A stretch of 64,000 nucleotides of DNA from a virus. Where the stretch lies: positions 1 through 64,000 of the IMG/VR virus record IMGVR_UViG_3300035703_000020; one strand, given 5' to 3'. This document shows positions 58,901 through 64,000 of this stretch, one piece after another. Position 1 is the stretch's first letter, and every line of letters begins with the position of its first letter. A program made the position numbers and the translations under genes. The notes under the pieces are model-generated. The model had not been told where the DNA came from and made no database searches. It saw nothing but the letters and a program-made list of their open reading frames with translations.

Positions 58901-59827
58901 CTGTACGGCGCCCAGATCCTCAACGAGTTCCTGGAGCCCTCCGGCGACGTCCCCTCCACCCTGTGGAACTGGGAGTGCGTCAGCTCCGCCGACCTGATCG
59001 GCGAGGCCCTGCGCGGCGTGAACAACGGCGGCATCCCCCAGGTGAAGACCCTCGAGGTCGGCATGGACAACCACAGCCGCCTCTTCGCGGAGTCCCAGTC
59101 GTACTTCACGACCCAGGGCTTCCTCGCCTACTACGCCCCGTACATCAAGAACGACGTCGAGTACTTCATCGCGCCGTCCTCGTTCGCGGCAGGCCTGGCG
59201 ATCCGCCGCTACCGCGACTCCGCCGCCGGCTTCCGCCTGCCGCCCGCAGGCGTCAAGTACAGCCTGGCCGGCGCCCGCGGGTGCCAGATCCAGATCACCA
59301 GCGCCCAGCAGGAGGTCAGCAACCCCGCCGGCATGAACAGCCTGCGGCAGCTGCCCGGCTACAGCACCATCGACCCCGACACCGGCGAGATCTTCGGTCC
59401 CGTCTTCGTCTGGGGCAGCCGCACCCGCGTGAACCGCGGCAACGCGACCCAGGCGCTGTACCAGTTCGTGAACACCCGCGTGATCATGAACGTCATCTAC
59501 CACACGCTGAAGCAGGCCTTCGACGGCCAGATCTTCAACGTGATCGACGGCCAGGCCGTGACGTTCAACCAGATCCGCGCCATCGCGTCGAACACTCTGT
59601 ACGAGCAGTTCTACGTCCCCGGCGCGCTGTTCGGCGCGACGCCGGCAGACGCCTTCCAGGTGATCTGCGACGACCGGAACAACCCCCCGGGCAACCTCGA
59701 CAACGGCTTCGTGAACGTGAAGATCTACGTGGTCCCCGTTCCGACGCTCGAGCGCATCGAGATCGACCTGGTCCGCGTCGGCATCGGCAGCATCCCAGAG
59801 GTGCTGTCCCAGGACGGCTTCGCCTGA
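55913..59827 (+). CDS. Contractile tail sheath with inserted repeat domains (1304 aa)
   Basis: PGTFIYE start; YYAPY, PPAG, VWGSRT, FVNTR, GALFG...AFQVICD..NN...VPVPTLERI. Confidence 0.9.
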   Translation: MATITLGGARGGTPGTFIYEAARATRTAAASFSTVYMLVDAPEAASVIRFPYNRPVFVSSLNEYENLIGSLPTSGPELDSYFAVKAFFQQCTIGDLRVTRVGTPTNIVRIGFDPSANKDNGASAPSSLKRGDKVFIKLEINGIQLGAKTPAGAWLGVEVTIPVDYIAGDEANNLKIANEIRDEVANAIRANADINAGAYIRVEDSVGEIAYFDITGRVFNAPVEVVNSNDITGNQYILSAAGYAIAQVTEANETVFDWIQTVRCAFNDPQLPAGYMIAPAAFKQFKKTQRVNLGQSMEEVCSDFLHKWMALVDCGPFDVTSINEYKEFVPHDPANGFGVDEEVLVDNGIYLWTDTSPLRFTAANYEANNPAACANSLYSAGQRVGLKDDQQILVSVAANTTTDVITLAEDWPVDALGTGTAIVFELGDNPGNSPTPPLYTDVNTGVTNEELLGGGFFVIANDVDTSLDINQIRVATSRTRAFSNEAVNIVTAGTPQGGVMLNVTYSDPAWKFEVEIKGKISDLVEAANGADPASFNTLHIPATFQDPTQTFEYKAITRQITDPSQAIATGGLKLLYFNAGDVNVGADQILVPAHGFSTGDAVHVSAIPSAIAPGGLTSGNQYFVIVVDDNTIQLANSLANANAGTQVILGDAGTDSGTILNPLGAPAQSIITIGGDCMLMIADHGLQTADKVFFDGDILSGTPDFIFRGTTDTATTVYFVDRVDRNIIRLARSSSDLASGAFVDFPTSGIATTTSTRIYKKLSYAVSGGGFTDAGVQRFIRGRKYQMDVNLAVYGVRDEANVQIVNGQTDPYGVLYTADISTDIRLSYAEVPGTIDVYSVAAADVDASGDELTVTNHGYVTGTEVVVNTAALATLAAGLTDSVRYFVINTGTNTFQLAETAANAALGVPVDITTAGVDNAAGVEFTVTAASNPFTFAYTEDAIANPLNAAMDFAGDENFYCVPLSDGGDLYGDELTNTIPEVFIHTVLQVGTTFTPLYGAQILNEFLEPSGDVPSTLWNWECVSSADLIGEALRGVNNGGIPQVKTLEVGMDNHSRLFAESQSYFTTQGFLAYYAPYIKNDVEYFIAPSSFAAGLAIRRYRDSAAGFRLPPAGVKYSLAGARGCQIQITSAQQEVSNPAGMNSLRQLPGYSTIDPDTGEIFGPVFVWGSRTRVNRGNATQALYQFVNTRVIMNVIYHTLKQAFDGQIFNVIDGQAVTFNQIRAIASNTLYEQFYVPGALFGATPADAFQVICDDRNNPPGNLDNGFVNVKIYVVPVPTLERIEIDLVRVGIGSIPEVLSQDGFA

Positions 59828-59845
59828 TCCTGAACGGGGGTCCGC

Positions 59846-60139
59846 ATGCCGAAGGAAGTCATCTCTTTCGAGGTCGATGCGGACCTCCGCCAATCGCTGG
59901 TGGAGGAGGCGCGCGAGCGCGACGTCCAGTTCGAGGACCTGTGCCACGCCCTCCTCTCCGTCGCCCTGTCCGACCACGGTCGGGCGGGGGTTAAAGATCG
60001 GGAGCCGAAGCTCCTGTCGTACGCGCCGCTCACCCTCCTGCGGGACGAGATCCGCCGCGTCGAGTTGGAAAAGCCAGACGGCTGGAAGTCGACACTGGCA
60101 CACCTCAATATGGAAGTCTCGAAGAGGTTCAGGGTCTGA
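59846..60139 (+). CDS. Small RHH-like protein
   Basis: VISFEVDADLRQSL.EEA pattern. Confidence 0.4.
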   Translation: MPKEVISFEVDADLRQSLVEEARERDVQFEDLCHALLSVALSDHGRAGVKDREPKLLSYAPLTLLRDEIRRVELEKPDGWKSTLAHLNMEVSKRFRV

Positions 60140-60492
60140 TGGCGTTCATCCGCGGGCTCACGTATCCGCTGCAGGTTGCGAACGGGCAGCTGGTGCTGAG
60201 CGAGGATAACGACCTCATCGCGCAGCACATCTACTCCGTCCTCGAGACGCGCCCGTACGAGCGCGTGATGCGGGCCGACTACGGCCTGCAGGACCGCACC
60301 TTCGAGACGATGGACCCGACCGCCATCAACGCGAAGATCACCGCCGCGATCAACGACGCCGTCACCGGCATCCAGAACCTGCGCGTCAGCGGATCGTGGC
60401 AGAAGGGGGACTCCGGGCAGTACAAGGTAAGAATAACGTATGACGTCAATGGCGTGCCGCAGCCGCCGCTATCGCTGAGCCTGGTGATCTGA
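60139..60492 (+). CDS. gp25/GpW-like baseplate wedge protein
   Basis: GLTYPL...VLETRPYERVMRADYG. Confidence 0.82.
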   Translation: MAFIRGLTYPLQVANGQLVLSEDNDLIAQHIYSVLETRPYERVMRADYGLQDRTFETMDPTAINAKITAAINDAVTGIQNLRVSGSWQKGDSGQYKVRITYDVNGVPQPPLSLSLVI

Positions 60493-61892
60493 TGGCCAAG
60501 AGATTCGCAATACCGGCCGTGCCCAAGGGCGAGGTCGCCCAGTACACGACCGACCCGTACCTCTGGCCCATCTCGTACGGGCACCTGCCGGTCGAGGGGA
60601 ACTACGGGACGCTCGTGCGCCCGCAGGACGACCTCCTCATGCAGAAGGGGGGCGCCCAGGCCCTCAACATCTACCAGCGGCTGCTGTTCGACTCGAACGT
60701 CCAGGCGGCGTGGCTTAAGGTCACCCAGGAGATCACGTCGCGCGACCTGCTGGTCGAGGCAGCCTCGGAGCTGCCCGGCGACATGGCCGTCAAGGAGTTC
60801 GTCGAGGAGCAGCTGAAGGACCTCGCGATGGACGAGATCTTCCGCGGGCTGCTCGAGGCCTACATCACGGGCTTCTCGGTCGGCGAGGTCATGTGGCGCC
60901 GGACCACCTCGGGCATTAAGGCATTCGACGTGCGCATGCGCGACATCCGCCGCTTCCGCTTCGAGGAGAACGAGGACGCCGACATGGGCTTCTCGATGCG
61001 GATGGTGACCCGCAAGGACATGTACCTCGGCGACGAGCTGCCCGCGCGCAAGTTTGTCACCTTCCGCTACTGGGCGCAGGCCAATGGCGACCCGTACGGC
61101 TGCGGCCTCGGGCGCATCCTCTACCCGCTGGTGAAGTTCAAGCGCCGCGCCCTGGAGTCGCAGCTGCTGTACTCCGACCGCTTCGCCAACCCCACCGCCG
61201 TCGCCACGGCCCCGCTCTCCGCCACGACGCAGGAGATCGACACGCTGTACAACCACCTGTCCAACCTGTCCCAGGAGACCGCGCTGGTACTGCCCGAGGG
61301 CTATCAGCTCGAGTTCATCAACCCCTCGGGCTCGCCCGACACCTTCACGACGATCCGCGACTCCATCATCAAGGAGATCAACGTCCTGGTCACGGGCGAG
61401 GACGAGACGGGCAACGCCGACGCCGGCTCGAGGGCGTCGTCCGAGGTCGCCCTGCAGGTGCGCGAGGTGCGGGCCAAGGAGCTGTCCGAGCTTGTCTGCG
61501 AGACGCTCAACGAGTCGCTGGTCCGCTGGATCGTCGACCTCAACTACGGCACCAGCGTGGTCGCCCCCAAGATCCGCCGCGACTTCAAGCTGGAGGAGGG
61601 CAGCAAGCTGACGATGACGGACGTCGGCACGATGATCGAGAAGGTCGGGTTCCGCCCGACGCGCGACTGGATCCAGGACACCTACAAAGTCGAGCTGGAG
61701 GAGCCCGAGGAGACCGAGGCCCCGCCGGCAGTGGAGCAGGCCGCCCCGGAAATTCCCGCGGAGGCGGGCCCGATGCAGGAGGGCCAGCCGGCCCCCGAGA
61801 TCCCGGCCGGGCAGGCGCCCGAGGCTGGCACCGAGAGCGTGTCCGACGATGAGCTCGACGCGCTGATCGACGAGGTGCTAGGCCTGCAGTAG
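60492..61892 (+). CDS. Mu gp29-like (DUF935) portal protein
   Basis: GFSVGEVMW, DPYGCGL...YPLVKFK, DRFANP, GSRASSEV. Confidence 0.85.
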   Translation: MAKRFAIPAVPKGEVAQYTTDPYLWPISYGHLPVEGNYGTLVRPQDDLLMQKGGAQALNIYQRLLFDSNVQAAWLKVTQEITSRDLLVEAASELPGDMAVKEFVEEQLKDLAMDEIFRGLLEAYITGFSVGEVMWRRTTSGIKAFDVRMRDIRRFRFEENEDADMGFSMRMVTRKDMYLGDELPARKFVTFRYWAQANGDPYGCGLGRILYPLVKFKRRALESQLLYSDRFANPTAVATAPLSATTQEIDTLYNHLSNLSQETALVLPEGYQLEFINPSGSPDTFTTIRDSIIKEINVLVTGEDETGNADAGSRASSEVALQVREVRAKELSELVCETLNESLVRWIVDLNYGTSVVAPKIRRDFKLEEGSKLTMTDVGTMIEKVGFRPTRDWIQDTYKVELEEPEETEAPPAVEQAAPEIPAEAGPMQEGQPAPEIPAGQAPEAGTESVSDDELDALIDEVLGLQ

Positions 61893-61934
61893 TGCGGGTA
61901 AAACGTTACGAGGCTGTCCCCAGCCGAGACTGAG

Positions 61935-64000
61935 ATGATCAAAGAAGTCAACATCTTCAAGGCCGGGACGCAGACCTCGGCCCAGGGGATCACCAGGGAG
62001 TTCACCAAGAGCGACCTGAAGCAGATCGCCGACTCCTACACACCCGACGTCCACGAGGCCCCGATCCGAATCGGGCACGAGGACAACGACAAGGTGCCAG
62101 CGTGGGGCTGGGTTAAAGGTGTCAAGGTGCGGGGCGACGAGCTCTTCGCCGAGATCGAGTTCTCCCCGCTCGCCGAGGAGTACATCAAGAACGGGCTGTA
62201 CAAGAAGGTCAGCGCGTCGTTCTACTCCCCAGACTCTAAAATCAACCCCGAGCCGGGCAAGTGGTCCCTGCGCCACGTGGCGCTCCTGGGAGCCCAGCCC
62301 CCGGCCGTAAAGGGCCTCAAGGGCTTCGCGTACGAGGAGGGTGCCGACGGCGTCCTCGACTTCGCTGTCGCGACGCTCTCGCCCGAAGCCGTGTTCGACG
62401 ACGAGCTCGGACCAACACTCAAGCGGGACGTGGGACCGCTGGAGATCCTTAAAGAAAAACTCGACGAGGCCCGTTCACAAATGACAGCCGAACAGCAAGC
62501 AGCCGCGCCGGAGCAGGAGCTCGAGGCGCAGACCCAACCCGAAGAGGTGACCGCCAAGGAGGAATTCGGCGAGAAGCCCGCCTTCCTGTCGAAGGGCAAG
62601 AAGGTCAAGGGCGAAAAGATGGGCGAGGAGGAGGAGTCCGACGAGGAGGAGGAGGACGACACCATGATGGCGGCCGAGATGGCCGACAGCAAGCTCCCCG
62701 ACGCCCTCAAGAAGAACGCCGCCAAGAAGATGGCCAAAAAGCGCGGGATCTCCGAGGAGGAGGCCATGGAGGAGAAGTCCGACTACGGGTCCTGCGGCAA
62801 GAAGGGCATGAGTTACGAGGAGTCAGACTCCGAGGAGCACGGCGAGTCCGAGGCGATGCACGACGGCAAGGTCAAGGGCCTGAAGGCCCCGGCCGCCAAG
62901 GGCATGTCCGGCATGTCCCCCGAGGAGGTGGACGGCGAGGGCCCCGTGGCCTCGAAGGTCAAGAAGAACGCCAAGTCCGGCGCCTGCGACCCCGAGTGCG
63001 AAGACGACGACAAGAAGTTCGAGGAGCCCACGATGGAGGCCTCCAAGCAGAAGCGCGGCACCGACGGCCTTAACAGCACCGGCGCCGGCGTCAAGGAGAC
63101 CGAGGGCGGCCCGGGCGGCCTGGTCCGCACCCGCTCCACCTCCAAGGGCGTCAACCTCGGCTTCGAGGAGGCCGACGAGCTCGAGGACGACGACGAGCAG
63201 CACGTCGAGACCGACGACAACAACTACGTCGGCAAGACCACCAAGCCCAAGCACGGCCACGACGGCAAGTCCGGCCGCAAGTCCAGCCCCTTCAACGACC
63301 AGTCCGGCCGTGGTGAGGTCGGCAAGGCCGGCGCCGACGGCGAGACCGGCCGCGGCAAGACCGGCAAGGCGCCCGAGATCAACGGCTACCCCGGCGCCAA
63401 GGGCGACGCCAGCAAGGTGGGCAAGGACGACGAGGACATGGAGGAGAACTACCACGGCAAGACCGGGAAGTCCTCCGCCCAGGACGCCGATCGCAAGAAG
63501 GTCGGTAAGCACGGGGACTCCAAGGGCTACCCCGAGAAGTACATGACCACCGGTCACGGCGGCGGCAGCGGCAAGCAGATCAAGGGCGGCAAGGTCCGCG
63601 TCATGGAGGTCAACCACTCCGAGGCCGATGACCGTCTCGGTCAGATGCTCGCCCGACTGGAGGAGCTCGAGGCCGCCAACGCCCGCCTCCGCGAGCAGGC
63701 CGAGTTCGCCGAGCGCCAGGCCAACCGCATGCGCCTGGAGCAGTTTGCCGAGGGTCTCTACGAGGCCGGCAAGCTGACCGAGGCCGTCGTCGGCATGGAC
63801 GAGCTCGTGGACTACATGGAGGGCCTCGAGCACGGCACCCTCGAGTTCGCCGAGGGCGAGAGCGCGGCCACGCCCCTGATCAAGATCCTGAGCAACCTGC
63901 CCTCGCAGGTCTGCTTCGAGGAGCTTGCCGGCGGTGAGGTCGTCGTGTCCGACGAGGCGCTCGACCCGCACGAGAGGGCGCTCAAGATGTCCAAGGAGCA
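61935..64000 (+). CDS. Mu I-like prohead protease/scaffold, 3'-truncated (absent from the ORF track)
   Basis: IFKAGTQT...HEAPIRIGH...AWGWV...YKKVSASFY...LRHVALLGAQPPAVKGL, then a long charged tail. Confidence 0.85.
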   Translation, partial: MIKEVNIFKAGTQTSAQGITREFTKSDLKQIADSYTPDVHEAPIRIGHEDNDKVPAWGWVKGVKVRGDELFAEIEFSPLAEEYIKNGLYKKVSASFYSPDSKINPEPGKWSLRHVALLGAQPPAVKGLKGFAYEEGADGVLDFAVATLSPEAVFDDELGPTLKRDVGPLEILKEKLDEARSQMTAEQQAAAPEQELEAQTQPEEVTAKEEFGEKPAFLSKGKKVKGEKMGEEEESDEEEEDDTMMAAEMADSKLPDALKKNAAKKMAKKRGISEEEAMEEKSDYGSCGKKGMSYEESDSEEHGESEAMHDGKVKGLKAPAAKGMSGMSPEEVDGEGPVASKVKKNAKSGACDPECEDDDKKFEEPTMEASKQKRGTDGLNSTGAGVKETEGGPGGLVRTRSTSKGVNLGFEEADELEDDDEQHVETDDNNYVGKTTKPKHGHDGKSGRKSSPFNDQSGRGEVGKAGADGETGRGKTGKAPEINGYPGAKGDASKVGKDDEDMEENYHGKTGKSSAQDADRKKVGKHGDSKGYPEKYMTTGHGGGSGKQIKGGKVRVMEVNHSEADDRLGQMLARLEELEAANARLREQAEFAERQANRMRLEQFAEGLYEAGKLTEAVVGMDELVDYMEGLEHGTLEFAEGESAATPLIKILSNLPSQVCFEELAGGEVVVSDEALDPHERALKMSKE

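Noticed and set aside
55295-60103. 1602-aa minus-strand ORF and other long antisense ORFs (49145-50815, 27467-28765, 31696-33207)
   Set aside because: They shadow well-supported + strand genes. Strong GC3 bias removes antisense stops, and they have no recognisable motifs.
1-64000. Stop-codon reassignment
   Set aside because: Long conserved genes are intact in the standard code, all three stop codons end genes, and no suppressor tRNA was seen.

Overview
The window is 64 kb of a large, GC-rich contractile-tailed phage, almost certainly a cyanophage. Evidence for a cyanobacterial host: a CP12-like peptide, a tmRNA tag of cyanobacterial type (ANNIV...), and small conserved ORFs typical of cyanophages. 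Nearly all genes are on the + strand; the exceptions are hsp20 and the endolysin. In order: virion and Gly-rich fibre genes (0-4 kb); host-metabolism and stress genes (nucleotidyltransferase, CP12-like, 2OG-Fe(II) oxygenases, Hsp20, Dps, SpeD); endolysin; 5'-3' exonuclease; a long early region of small ORFs with a repeated promoter family, including a mosaic array of paralogous ORFs (17.7-21.9 kb); NUMOD4-HNH overlapping an RlpA-like gene; GyrA/ParC; a 1.6 kb non-coding RNA island (34.8-36.4 kb) holding 4 normal tRNAs, several arm-deleted tRNA-like RNAs, a minimal circularly permuted tmRNA and other structured RNAs, with a fifth tRNA at 37.1 kb; RNA repair enzymes; a mitochondrial Pol-gamma-like DNA polymerase; a dispersed candidate base-modification pathway (ThyA with the dCMP-type Asp, dNMP kinase, amino acid:DNA transferase-like, MBD4-like glycosylase, EndoII-like nuclease); and a Mu-like structural block (frameshifted tail chaperone, sheath, gp25, portal, protease/scaffold). 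All family calls come from reading motifs by eye; no database search was run.
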